The notes below the pieces were generated by a model. That model did not search any database and was not told the DNA's origin. It saw only the letters and a program-made list of their open reading frames with translations. A stretch of 64,000 nucleotides of DNA from Promethearchaeota archaeon (lineage in GTDB: Archaea; Asgardarchaeota; Lokiarchaeia; Sigyniarchaeales; SOKP01). Both the position numbers and the translations under genes were made by a program. This document shows positions 30,501 to 40,308 of the stretch, one piece after another (within the stretch, counting starts at the first letter, position 1; each line of letters starts with the position of its first letter). The stretch spans positions 352,001 to 416,000 of the forward strand of contig JAEOUA010000006.1 in NCBI GenBank assembly GCA_016839555.1. Reading direction: 5' to 3'.

Positions 30501-31283
30501 TTATTTCAAATCTTCAATAATTAATTGAGCAACCTTCTCTCCGGATAAAAGCATCCCACCAAATATAGGTCCCATACGCTGTCCTCCAGACGCAGCATTC
30601 GCAGCCATACCCGCAACGTACACTCCCGGATATATTTCTTTAGTTGTATCTAATAACATCTTTTCTCCAATTTCCGCATTCATAGACCGCTCTCCTTCAA
30701 TTGTTCCAGAAGGAGTATTAAGCTTTGCATTCGGGACCTTTTTTAACACCACATTCACCACGTCGAGATCATGCCCTGTCGCGTCCAATACACATTTACT
30801 TTCAAATGTCAAGGGATCGATATGCAGTCCCGCTATCTCCACGGCTTTCCAATTCACTACTGCCCCAATAACTTTATTATTATTATCTATTTTAACATCT
30901 TCAACGCAAATTAAGTTGAAGATTTTTACTCCAGAATCAATAGCTTTAGCTGTTAGTTTACCCACGGATTCTATGGCATCTGCGACATAATAATTTGGCT
31001 CAAATTCTGTGGTTTTTATATTATATGAGTCCAAAATTCTTTTTGCTTCGCTCTGTACCACGATTTTATTAAACATCATGCCTCCTCCAAGCATCCCACC
31101 GCCTATAGAAAGTTTACTTTCAAAAATAATTGTTTTTAGCCCAGATTCTGCTAAATAATTGGAGGCAACTAAGCCTGCAGGACCTGCTCCCGCAATAATG
31201 ACGTCTGTACGGAGATTATCAATAAATTCTTCCATATATGTTTTAACAATAGCTTTCGTTATGAGCGTTTCATCTAAAGGCAT
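30501..31283 (-). CDS. thi4: Sulfide-dependent thiazole synthase (non-Cys Thi4)
   Basis: GAGPAG, GGGMLGGG, LHIDP (His at the Cys position), ATGHD, RMGPIFGGMLLSG. Confidence 0.93.
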   Translation of the reverse strand: MPLDETLITKAIVKTYMEEFIDNLRTDVIIAGAGPAGLVASNYLAESGLKTIIFESKLSIGGGMLGGGMMFNKIVVQSEAKRILDSYNIKTTEFEPNYYVADAIESVGKLTAKAIDSGVKIFNLICVEDVKIDNNNKVIGAVVNWKAVEIAGLHIDPLTFESKCVLDATGHDLDVVNVVLKKVPNAKLNTPSGTIEGERSMNAEIGEKMLLDTTKEIYPGVYVAGMAANAASGGQRMGPIFGGMLLSGEKVAQLIIEDLK

Positions 31284-31420
31284 ACTAAAATCACATTTTT
31301 TTTTCTACTTTAATTTATTGAAATAATTCTTACATTAAATAATAAAGAAAGCTAAAAAAAGAGAGTTATTAAAAAAGTATAAAACATATATTTTTAAAAT
31401 AAAAATTTTTTTCTTTAATA

Positions 31421-31624
31421 ATGAACTCAAAGCAATCGGAACCAACTATAAGTGAAGAAACTAAAAAAACCATATTCGAACTAATCTCTACACCAGGAAT
31501 AGAGATTGAAGATATCGTAGAAAAAGTGGGACTTGATTACGAAACCATAATGGATTTTTTATCAAATGAATATTTAAAAAACGATTTAGCTCACGGTAGA
31601 CGGCTCTGTTGTAGATTTTCATAA
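31421..31624 (+). CDS. Small HTH-like protein with C-terminal CC motif
   Basis: IEDIVEKVGLDYETI resembles an HTH; ends RRLCCRFS. Confidence 0.55.
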   Translation: MNSKQSEPTISEETKKTIFELISTPGIEIEDIVEKVGLDYETIMDFLSNEYLKNDLAHGRRLCCRFS

Positions 31625-31729
31625 TCTTATTTTTATTTATACTTTTTTAATCATCTATGCGAAATTTTGAATTAAAGATTATATTATAGGTCTTTATAAA
31701 AAGTTATGAGTGTAGATTTTCCTAAACTT

Positions 31730-32326
31730 TTAAGATCTAAAATTTTTATCATCTAAAAAATTAGATAATTTACTTAAACACGAATCACAGTATTCTACTG
31801 GTTTTTCATCAGTTTCCCCTAAATGGTTCGAAAACCTCATGATACAATAATTTTTACAATGTCTCAACCCAAAAGTATGCCCCAATTCATGAACAGCTTC
31901 CTTTAGTGTTCTTGATTTAAATAATTCTTCATTGCTTTCATAATTATAAAATTCTTGTCTTAAGCGAGTTACTGAAATAATACATGTGCCATAAAATTTT
32001 AATAATTTATTTTCTGGAGCAGTTGCTATTCCGAACACAAAATTTAATCCTGCAGAGTAAATATCCACATCCAATATTCCCAATGTACGAAAGAATTGTT
32101 TGTTGATTGAATATTGAAAAAGGCGATTTAAAATAGGATCAGCAAAATATTGTTGTCTTGCTTTATTATAATCTGATTGCTTTAAAGGCATTTCATCATT
32201 TAAAATTTTAATCGAAAGATTGAATTTATTGAATATTTTATTTAACCCATCCTTTAATTCTTCCAGAATTGTATTATTTATATCCCCAATTTTTCGAATA
32301 TAGATTTTTTTTTCGGTCTTAAACAT
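31730..32326 (-). CDS. Archaemetzincin (M54) zinc protease
   Basis: RQQY, NFVFG, HELGHTFGLRHC..CIM, CxxC. Confidence 0.92.
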   Translation of the reverse strand: MFKTEKKIYIRKIGDINNTILEELKDGLNKIFNKFNLSIKILNDEMPLKQSDYNKARQQYFADPILNRLFQYSINKQFFRTLGILDVDIYSAGLNFVFGIATAPENKLLKFYGTCIISVTRLRQEFYNYESNEELFKSRTLKEAVHELGHTFGLRHCKNYCIMRFSNHLGETDEKPVEYCDSCLSKLSNFLDDKNFRS

Positions 32327-32370
32327 TTCAAATTACATAAAATTTTTTTATTAAAAAGAATTTTAGTAAA

Positions 32371-32494
32371 TACTAAGTCAAATCAAAACATCTTCTAAAG
32401 GGCTTAGTACGTAAACACGGTTTCAATATGGTGTGATCAATATATTGGAATGTGAATCTTTAGAATTATTCAAATCTTAGATTATGTTTTGGTT
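32371..32494 (+). promoter_or_regulatory. Putative structured 5' leader RNA of the uL11-uL1-uL10-P1 operon
   Basis: Four 9-11 bp complementary segments, all needing G-U pairs on the + strand (see findings). Confidence 0.5.
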
Positions 32495-32520
32495 GAAATT
32501 TAAGAAAAAAGTTGAACATC

Positions 32521-33018
32521 ATGAGTGAAACTGAAAGAGTTGTTGTGAAAGCTCTAGTGACTGGAGGAAAAGCGTCAGGTGGACCTCCTATTGGTCCTGC
32601 CGTAGGGCCGACAGGGATAAATATCAAAGATGTGGTGGATGCGGTGAACGAGAAGACTCAAATGTTTAAAGGACTCTCCGTCCCCGTCCGAATTGAATGC
32701 GATCCCGAAACTAAACAATTTGAAATATTCGTTGAGACACCTTCAACTTCGAGTCTCTTGTTGAAAGAATTGGGAGCATCAAAAGGAAGCTCTTCGAGGA
32801 TAGAAGAAAAAATCGGTGATTTAACCTTAGACCAAGTGAAAGAGGTTGTAAAAGCAAAAAAAGATATTTTTTTGGATAAAACATTTAAGGCAGCTGTGAA
32901 ATCTGTGTTAGGTACGGCATTATCTATAGGGGCCACCGTTGAAGGAGAAAATCCTCGTGTAATTCAAAAAAGGATCGATAATGGAGAGTATGACGACCAA
33001 CTAACGGAGGAAATATAA
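32521..33018 (+). CDS. rpl11: 50S ribosomal protein uL11
   Basis: GGKASGGPPIGPAVGP; ATG 32521 is preferred over TTG 32512. Confidence 0.97.
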   Translation: MSETERVVVKALVTGGKASGGPPIGPAVGPTGINIKDVVDAVNEKTQMFKGLSVPVRIECDPETKQFEIFVETPSTSSLLLKELGASKGSSSRIEEKIGDLTLDQVKEVVKAKKDIFLDKTFKAAVKSVLGTALSIGATVEGENPRVIQKRIDNGEYDDQLTEEI

Positions 33019-33746
33019 TGAAGGTAAGTGAAAAATTATTAAAAAAATCTTTAGATGCTGCGATAGACTTATCGGTGAGAAGAAAGAAGGGATTCGAGCC
33101 TAAAAAAAGAAAGTTTGATGAAAGCATTGATTTAATCATAAATTTAAAAGATATTGATTTACAAGATCCTAAGCAAAGAATCGATAAAGAATTAATTCTT
33201 CCACATCCCATTTCAAAAAGTCGAAAGGAACAACTTTGCGTTATCGCAGATGGAGAATTCTTAGTACAAGCCAAAAATCTTAATGTAGATACAATGAGTC
33301 AAGAAGATTTGGAAAAACTAAATACCCAAGAGAAAAAGGAAAAGAAAAAGTTCGTTAAAAAATATGATTTTTTCATAGTGGAATCTCGGTTCATGCCGAC
33401 TCTGGCTCGTTATTTAGCTCGATTTCTGGGTCCTCAAGGAAAGATGCCAAAACCATTCCCTGCAGGGTATGGAATTGTATCCTCACCAGAAGAACTTGAA
33501 AATGCTATTGATCGATATAAGAGAATAATTCAAGTTCGAATAAAGAAAAATCCTATAGTTCAGGTTAAAGTAGGAAAGAAATCAATGGAAATGCAAAAGC
33601 TCTTCGAAAACATTAAAACAGTTGTAGATTATGTAGTTGATCAAATGCCACATAAGTTTAATAATATCAATTCTATATATATAAAAACAACAATGGGAAG
33701 ACCTGTGAAAGTAGAAGAGGAATTCCTGGAGGATATTGGTGAATAA
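33018..33746 (+). CDS. rpl1: 50S ribosomal protein uL1
   Basis: RKFDESIDL, LGPQGKMP, KTTMG. Confidence 0.96.
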   Translation: MKVSEKLLKKSLDAAIDLSVRRKKGFEPKKRKFDESIDLIINLKDIDLQDPKQRIDKELILPHPISKSRKEQLCVIADGEFLVQAKNLNVDTMSQEDLEKLNTQEKKEKKKFVKKYDFFIVESRFMPTLARYLARFLGPQGKMPKPFPAGYGIVSSPEELENAIDRYKRIIQVRIKKNPIVQVKVGKKSMEMQKLFENIKTVVDYVVDQMPHKFNNINSIYIKTTMGRPVKVEEEFLEDIGE

Positions 33747-33748
33747 AT

Positions 33749-34687
33749 ATGATAACTGAAAAAAAAGTTCCTCAATGGAAAAAGAATGAAATTGAGTACT
33801 TAGTTAATCTAATGAAAGAATATAAGAATATCATTGTAATTAACGTATCAAATGTTAATGATAAACAGATACAAGAAATGAGGAAGTTATTACGTGGAGA
33901 TGCAGTTATTCGAATGTCAAAAAAATCCTTGCAAAAACGGGCGATTAAAAGATATGAAGAAGAAAGTGGAAAAGAAAATTTAGATCTCCTCAAAAAAAAA
34001 ATTCCAGGGCAATCAGCATTAGTTTTTACAGACTTAGATCCATTTGAACTAAAACGCATATTTTTAGAGAATAAATGGATGGTTGCTGCAAAGCCAGGAC
34101 AAATTGCGCCCGTAGATATTGTTGTTCCTAAAGGAGATACGGGATTGCCCACAGGACAAGTCATAAGTGAACTTAATATGATTTTGAAACTTCCTACTAT
34201 GTTAAAAAATGATACTATTCATATCCGAGAAGATACCGTGACACATAAAAAAGGTGATATTGTATCTATGAAAGAAGCCTCAGTATTAAAAAAATTAGGT
34301 ATTGAGCCAATTGAATCTATCATTAGAATCCATAGTACATGGTCAGATGGGGATCTTATACCAGCTGATATATTATATATGGATATAGAACAATTCAGAG
34401 AAGATATTATAGAAGCACATCTCACAGCAACAACAATAGCTATTGAATTGGGAATTCTAGATAAGGAAACTATTCGTCCGCTATTACAAAAAGCATATAG
34501 AGAAGCCTTATCTGTATTATTTGAGTTATCAATAGTAGATATGAATTTCATAGAAGAATATATCAAAAAAGCAGAAATGAATGCAAAATTACTAAGTGAA
34601 ATTGCATTTAGAGGGGTCCCTGCTCCGGATATACAAGACCAACATGGAAAAAAGCAAGAGAAAAGCGATACTGAGAAAAAAAAATAA
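33749..34687 (+). CDS. rpl10: 50S ribosomal protein uL10 (P0); in-frame TAA precedes the conserved tail that runs to 34735
   Basis: VPQWK, AKPGQIAPVDI, GDTG; the same frame continues EKESDDELTGIGSLF-TGA after the TAA. Confidence 0.93.
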   Translation: MITEKKVPQWKKNEIEYLVNLMKEYKNIIVINVSNVNDKQIQEMRKLLRGDAVIRMSKKSLQKRAIKRYEEESGKENLDLLKKKIPGQSALVFTDLDPFELKRIFLENKWMVAAKPGQIAPVDIVVPKGDTGLPTGQVISELNMILKLPTMLKNDTIHIREDTVTHKKGDIVSMKEASVLKKLGIEPIESIIRIHSTWSDGDLIPADILYMDIEQFREDIIEAHLTATTIAIELGILDKETIRPLLQKAYREALSVLFELSIVDMNFIEEYIKKAEMNAKLLSEIAFRGVPAPDIQDQHGKKQEKSDTEKKK

Positions 34688-34794
34688 GAGAAAGAATCTG
34701 ACGACGAGCTTACTGGAATTGGCTCGTTATTTTGAGCAATATGATTATAAAAAAATTACTAAAATAAAAAATAACAAGAGGTTGTTAATATAAG

Positions 34795-35094
34795 ATGGAA
34801 AGTGTATATGCTGCTCTTTTACTTCATAAAGCTTCCAAAGATATTACAGAAGAAAGTATTGAGAAAGTATTAAAGGCTGCAGATGTGAAGCCAAATAAGG
34901 AACAGATTACAAAGTTAGTATTGGGTTTAAAAGAAATGAATATAGAAGAAATTCTTAAGTCTGCTGCTATTACTCCGGTAGCTTCGGTTCCTTCGGGAAA
35001 AGCGGCACCAGTAAAAGAGGAAAAGAAGAAAGAAAAGAAAGCGAAGGAAGAAGAGGAAGAAGAAGAGCCTACTGGTATAGGAAGCTTATTTTAA
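34795..35094 (+). CDS. rpl12: 50S ribosomal stalk protein P1 (aL12)
   Basis: YAALLLH, acidic hinge, C-terminal GIGSLF. Confidence 0.96.
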   Translation: MESVYAALLLHKASKDITEESIEKVLKAADVKPNKEQITKLVLGLKEMNIEEILKSAAITPVASVPSGKAAPVKEEKKKEKKAKEEEEEEEPTGIGSLF

Positions 35095-35373
35095 AATATT
35101 TAAAACATTGACTAAAAATTGTAAGTATAAAATATAAATACATTCAATTTTTTTAATTCTTTTTTATTAGTAAGCATTTATCATACATCATAATTATTGC
35201 TATCATAATATATTTGTTCGAATTCTAAAAGAACTAAGAAATTTTAAAATCAATTTTATTTAGGGGGTTTCTTAAAATACAAAACTTTTTTTAAAATTTT
35301 GATTTATTTTCTTTAGAAACTAGATATACCTAAATAAATACTTCTGTATTATCCTAACGAGAATAAAATAAAA

Positions 35374-36840
35374 ATGGCTGGAAAATTTTTAAAACTCTTT
35401 TCTCCACTGGTCAAAATAATGCCTGAGGTTCGGCAGCCACAGCGTGAAGTAACTTTCAAACAGAAATTTATATGGACAATGGTGGCATTAGTCATCTACA
35501 TTGTAATGAGCAATATTCCTTTGTATGGTGTAAATATTGCGGAGTCCCAAGATTATTTTTATTGGTTAAGAGTCATCCTAGCCAGTCATCGAGGAATGCT
35601 TACAGAGCTTGGGATCGGTCCAATAGTAACTGCGGGATTAATTATGCAGCTTTTAAATGGTTCAAAACTTATTAATGTGAATATGGCAGATCCGTATGAT
35701 CGGGCGATGTTCAGTGGTACCCAAAAAGTCTTGTCTATGATATTAACTGTATTCAATGCTATTGCATATTTATTTGGGGGTGCATTCGGACCTGTCGAGG
35801 ATATAGGTCTCATAAATGGAACTCTTATTTTTATCCAATTATTCGTTGCTGGAATAATTATTATCTTATTAGATGAATTGCTGCAAAAAGGCTGGGGGAT
35901 AGGAAGTGGAGTTTCATTATTTATCGCCGCAGGAGTCGCTGGGCAAATATTTTGGAACATATTCAACTTTATCGAAGCTGATGAGGGAATTCCAAGAGGC
36001 ATCTTAATTGCATTTTTTAGCGTATTATTTGATGGGAATCCAGAAACTACCTTAGCTGATATTTTTGTGAGGGAACAATTGCCCTCGATTATAGGAGGTA
36101 TTACTACCCTAATTATTTTTGTTATCGTGATTTGGTTTGAAAGCGCTCGGATTGAGATTCCACTTCAATATAAAGGATACAGTGGATTTAAGGGAAAATA
36201 TCCTATCAAATTATTGTATGTGTCCAATATTCCCGTTATATTAGTAAATGCTTTATATGCAAATTTCCTCTTTTTTGGTCAAATGCTTGCTGGACCGGAT
36301 TCAGTTCTCCGAGGAGGCGGAGCTGATTTTTGGATTGATCTAATTGGGACGTTTACCACTGAGCAGGCTCAGACTGGAGGTGGAGGCACTCGATTAATAC
36401 CCACGGGAGGACTTATATATTTCTTTACACCACCTCAAGGATTAGGCCAATTAATTGGAGATCCGGTCCGGGCTATAATATATTTAGCCATATTCATCGT
36501 TTTATGTGTCTATCTAGGTCGTGTATGGGTGGAGGTTAGTGGATTAGCTCCCAGAGATGTGGCAGCTCAAATACTTGATTCGGGAATGCAAATTCCAGGA
36601 TTTAGAAGTTCCGAAAAAATAATCCGGAGAATTTTAAAACGATATATTCCTGTCCTCGTCGTTTTAAATGGTATTATAATTGCACTTTTAAGTTTCTTCG
36701 CGGACAGTCTCGGTGCACTTACTTCTGGAACGGGATTGCTCATAGCGATTGGCATAACGCATCAATATGCAGAAACAATCTCTAAGGAGCTCGCTGCAGC
36801 CCAATACCCCGGGATGCGAGGATTATTAGGAATGGACTGA
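35374..36840 (+). CDS. secY: Preprotein translocase SecY/Sec61alpha
   Basis: ELGIGPIVTAG, GIGSGVSLFIA, YPIKLLYVSNIPVIL, PGFR, GTGLL. Confidence 0.97.
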   Translation: MAGKFLKLFSPLVKIMPEVRQPQREVTFKQKFIWTMVALVIYIVMSNIPLYGVNIAESQDYFYWLRVILASHRGMLTELGIGPIVTAGLIMQLLNGSKLINVNMADPYDRAMFSGTQKVLSMILTVFNAIAYLFGGAFGPVEDIGLINGTLIFIQLFVAGIIIILLDELLQKGWGIGSGVSLFIAAGVAGQIFWNIFNFIEADEGIPRGILIAFFSVLFDGNPETTLADIFVREQLPSIIGGITTLIIFVIVIWFESARIEIPLQYKGYSGFKGKYPIKLLYVSNIPVILVNALYANFLFFGQMLAGPDSVLRGGGADFWIDLIGTFTTEQAQTGGGGTRLIPTGGLIYFFTPPQGLGQLIGDPVRAIIYLAIFIVLCVYLGRVWVEVSGLAPRDVAAQILDSGMQIPGFRSSEKIIRRILKRYIPVLVVLNGIIIALLSFFADSLGALTSGTGLLIAIGITHQYAETISKELAAAQYPGMRGLLGMD

Positions 36841-37074
36841 TGATAGATAGAAATTAGCAATCTATTCAACAATAAATCATCTAAAATTAAATGTTTAATT
36901 TCTAAAATTTAATACTATAGCTTTTTTGGTTATTCAGTTAGTTTAAATATAATTTATTTAGAATTTTAGACATATAAAAAAATCATTTCGAATATTAACT
37001 TTAGTCGAGTTAAATCAAACTAAACTATTTGGCTAAAATTTTAAATTAATGCTAATTTAATTATATGTATAGTT

Positions 37075-37866
37075 ATGTTATTTCAAATATTTCAAACAGG
37101 TACAATTAAGGAGATTTTATTAACCCCTCCAGGTTCTATGTTTTTTATATTATTGTTAGCAGCGGGTATCGCATTAATTTCTTCGGGACTGACGAAATGG
37201 TTAACTGACACAGAGGAGATGGAGAGAAAGCAGCGACAAATTAAGGAACATGAGGAGGAAAAAGAAAAGATTATTGAATTAGCCGAAAATAATCCAATTA
37301 AATACAGAAAAGAGCGAAAACGATGGGAACGCAAGGATGAAATGTTTAAAAAAAGTCAGCAAGGAATGGCAATGCAACGAATTAAACCCACATGTATTAC
37401 CTTGCTTCCGATGATCATTTTTTTCCTCATAATCCGGGCATTATTTAGTAATGAGCCAATTGCTCTTTCGCCGATGAATGCAAATGATATCCCGCTTATT
37501 GGGGGGATCCTTCAAGGGGTAACTGGAACATTGAGCGAGGCAAAATTAGCAGATAACCTTGCTTCATTGGTTAAAATTGGTCTTTCTAATCCCGAGATTT
37601 TTGAACAATATCAAGAATTAATTTTAAATGCATATATTCTGCTAAAAGTGGTAGCTGAGCCTTGGACAGAACTTTTTTATGAGTTGCCGGCGATTATTGG
37701 TCCGTATGATGGTTGGATTAATTTCACCACATGGTATTTTTTGGCGAGTTTTGGGGTGAATACATTAATTCAGAGACTTCTGGGAATTCAAACCCAAACA
37801 ACAGGTGGCATGTCTCAAATGATGGGTGGTTCAAAAGCGAAAACTCTCGAATTTCCTGATGTGTAA
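37075..37866 (+). CDS. EMC3/TMCO1 (DUF106, Oxa1 superfamily) membrane insertase
   Basis: TM - coiled coil - KP..IT..P TM ... WYFL.S motif; follows secY. Confidence 0.85.
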   Translation: MLFQIFQTGTIKEILLTPPGSMFFILLLAAGIALISSGLTKWLTDTEEMERKQRQIKEHEEEKEKIIELAENNPIKYRKERKRWERKDEMFKKSQQGMAMQRIKPTCITLLPMIIFFLIIRALFSNEPIALSPMNANDIPLIGGILQGVTGTLSEAKLADNLASLVKIGLSNPEIFEQYQELILNAYILLKVVAEPWTELFYELPAIIGPYDGWINFTTWYFLASFGVNTLIQRLLGIQTQTTGGMSQMMGGSKAKTLEFPDV

Positions 37867-38107
37867 TTTTTCTAATAATTTTAAGTGTTTCGATTTTTCT
37901 GGTAATTTTTATTTTTTTAATCATAATTTCTGAAAAAAATTTTTCCCCTCAATTTGTAAAAGGGGTGCAAAAAACAATATTCCTCCACTTAAGGAAATGG
38001 TTAAAAATTATTATGAATTGAGGGTCTTTAATAAGTATAAAATTCTATCTTAATCTTTTCTTTTATAATTATGCTAAAATTGATATTAAAAAAAAAAAAG
38101 AGATTTT

Positions 38108-39385
38108 TTATAGAGTGTGTTCATAGTCTTTCGGATCTAATAACAAGAAGCCAATAAGACCCAGATTTGAAATCACTGCCACAAAGATAAAAACATATAT
38201 GTATGATGCTGTGAGTTCTAGGACAAATCCTGATAATGAAAGCCCTAATATACCTCCTAAGTTTGCAAATGCATTGCAGAGTGAATAATATGTGCTGTCC
38301 ATTTCAAGATGTTGTTTACTGATTTCTGTTACGACCGCAGCATAACTAGAATGCCTCCAGCCTATAGCGACTCCTACAAAAGACGAAAAAATAAGTAAAA
38401 TAGGCCAAGCAATTGGGATAATCATTAAAAATAAAGCAATTGTGGTGATTATGAATGCTAAAAACACACTAAGCCTTCTCGTTTTCTTATCTGCAATTTG
38501 ACCTGCGATAAGGGCTCCAGCTACAACTCCCAAAGAGACAATCATTGTGATGAAAGCATTATAAAGATATACATCAACATCACCGCTCGGTAAAGATAAT
38601 TCCGTTCCAACAGAGGTTAAAACGCCCATTTCAACTAACACAAAAATGGAAATGATCAGTACGCCCACACTTTCTACCATAGCTGAAAATAAAGAAAATC
38701 CATAGGCTTTCCAATCTCTTGAATTATTAAACATATTTTTGAGATGTAATCCTAATTTTACTTCTGGATATTCTTTTGGTTCTTTTATAAATATTGTTGA
38801 AAAAGACGATAAGATTGTAAGGATACCCACTATGATAAACAGCATCGATACATTAAGTAGACCTGAAACTAAAAGGATGGCAAATGCTGGACCTCCAGCA
38901 ATCGCACCTATAGATCGCATCCCCCAAGTATATCCGGAGATTCTGCCCAATTTTTCTTTTGGTGTAATATCTATAAATAATCCATCAATAATTGTGTCTC
39001 CAAACGCCATACCGAGAAAAATCAAGAACCCCATTATGGTAAACGCTGTAATTGCATTTGATGCGGTATAAAAATTAGGAATTCCCATGATTATCCACAA
39101 AATTCCAGCAAACGACACCATTCCAATTATCCAAGGACGTCGTCTTCCAAATCTTTTTGATCCAAACTTATCTCCAATCATACCATAAAGTATTTTAAGA
39201 ATCCACGGTATCCCTATGATAGAACCTAAAAAGGCAATCGCAGACGCATCTAAAACACCTATAATTGAAATCAAATAGATTGGAATAATAATCGCAAATA
39301 GAGATTGATCAATCCCTTGAAAAAGGTAATTAACCGAGAATACTGCGATATAATAGTTTTTAAATTCTAAAATTTTTTCTCCCAT
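38108..39385 (-). CDS. MFS transporter (AmpG/BT1-like)
   Basis: YLFQG, PWILK..G...D, GRRRPW, D...DG; about 12 TM helices. Confidence 0.85.
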   Translation of the reverse strand: MGEKILEFKNYYIAVFSVNYLFQGIDQSLFAIIIPIYLISIIGVLDASAIAFLGSIIGIPWILKILYGMIGDKFGSKRFGRRRPWIIGMVSFAGILWIIMGIPNFYTASNAITAFTIMGFLIFLGMAFGDTIIDGLFIDITPKEKLGRISGYTWGMRSIGAIAGGPAFAILLVSGLLNVSMLFIIVGILTILSSFSTIFIKEPKEYPEVKLGLHLKNMFNNSRDWKAYGFSLFSAMVESVGVLIISIFVLVEMGVLTSVGTELSLPSGDVDVYLYNAFITMIVSLGVVAGALIAGQIADKKTRRLSVFLAFIITTIALFLMIIPIAWPILLIFSSFVGVAIGWRHSSYAAVVTEISKQHLEMDSTYYSLCNAFANLGGILGLSLSGFVLELTASYIYVFIFVAVISNLGLIGFLLLDPKDYEHTL

Positions 39386-39594
39386 TGTTTTCCCACTAAT
39401 GTAATATGTTTTGTTATAAAATCTTAATTAATTTATAAAGGTATAGAATTTCAGTTCATAAGTAAATTTAATATTCAGTTAAAATCGTGAAATCAATGTT
39501 TCACGAAGAATTTTATATAACACACAAAAAACCAAAAATGAGTTTCTCCTTTTATTCTGATATAAATTTATTGATTAAGAAAAACAAGAATAAG

Positions 39595-39701
39595 CGCAGC
39601 GGATGGGATTCGAACCCATGCACGTATAAACGCACTGGCTTTTTGGCATAATAACCAGAATAGCTCCAAGCCAGCGCCCTACCAGGCTAGGCGACCGCTG
39701 C
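39595..39701 (-). tRNA. tRNA-Ser(GGA) with canonical 37/38 intron (39641..39663)
   Basis: Acceptor GCAGCGG/CCGCTGC, G73, long variable arm, GGTTCGAATCC; anticodon-loop TTGG pairs with intron CCAA in BHB geometry. Confidence 0.93.
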
Positions 39702-39918
39702 TCAAATACTAGTCAAATCTTTAGATAAGCTACTTTTTTAAAAGCAACGGACTTAATTAATTTTTTCATTATATATCAGGTAAAAGGCTGGATAAAAATT
39801 CATTAATAAATTACTATTCCCATTTACTAATTTGATTATCTTTTATTGTTAATTTCAGAGGAATGCCTTAAAATAAAGTTATATAAGAGATAAAACAAAA
39901 AAAAAGATAGTAAAAAAA

Positions 39919-40191
39919 TTATGCTGTGGGAATTTCAACCATTTTGCTCATTAAATCCTCAAGTTTGGCAGATTTAATAGCTGCGAGTACATCTTTATGA
40001 GAGGCTCCTTTCTTTATATCTATGGTTTTATCAATAGGCTCAAGATGCTTATAATTACATCTTCTTCGCTTGATTTTTGTACCATCAATAAGAAGATAAT
40101 TTTTATCAATGATGTCAACGATTACACAATATCGTGCGGCTTCTCTTCCCATAGTTTTTATGCACAATCTACCAATATCGTATACACTCAT
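39919..40191 (-). CDS. rpl14e: 50S ribosomal protein eL14
   Basis: GRLCIKTMGREA..CVIVDIID, RRRCNYKHLEP. Confidence 0.95.
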   Translation of the reverse strand: MSVYDIGRLCIKTMGREAARYCVIVDIIDKNYLLIDGTKIKRRRCNYKHLEPIDKTIDIKKGASHKDVLAAIKSAKLEDLMSKMVEIPTA

Positions 40192-40308
40192 TATAATTCG
40201 TCACCAAATTATTATTGTTCAATTAGCATACTAGTTTTTCACCAGTATGATAATTCTTTTATTATTAAATCAATAAATCTAAAAAAAATAAAATCTTTAT
40301 GATTTAAT

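Noticed and set aside
34596-34793. 65-aa ORF overlapping the uL10 end, suggesting a frameshift
   Set aside because: The missing GIGSLF tail is in the uL10 frame itself, after a TAA; this ORF is a shadow frame.
37960-37990. AGGGGTGC resembling the start of a TPP riboswitch
   Set aside because: No CTGAGA or CCTGAT..TAAT..CG.AGG elements, and it is not upstream of a thiamine gene.
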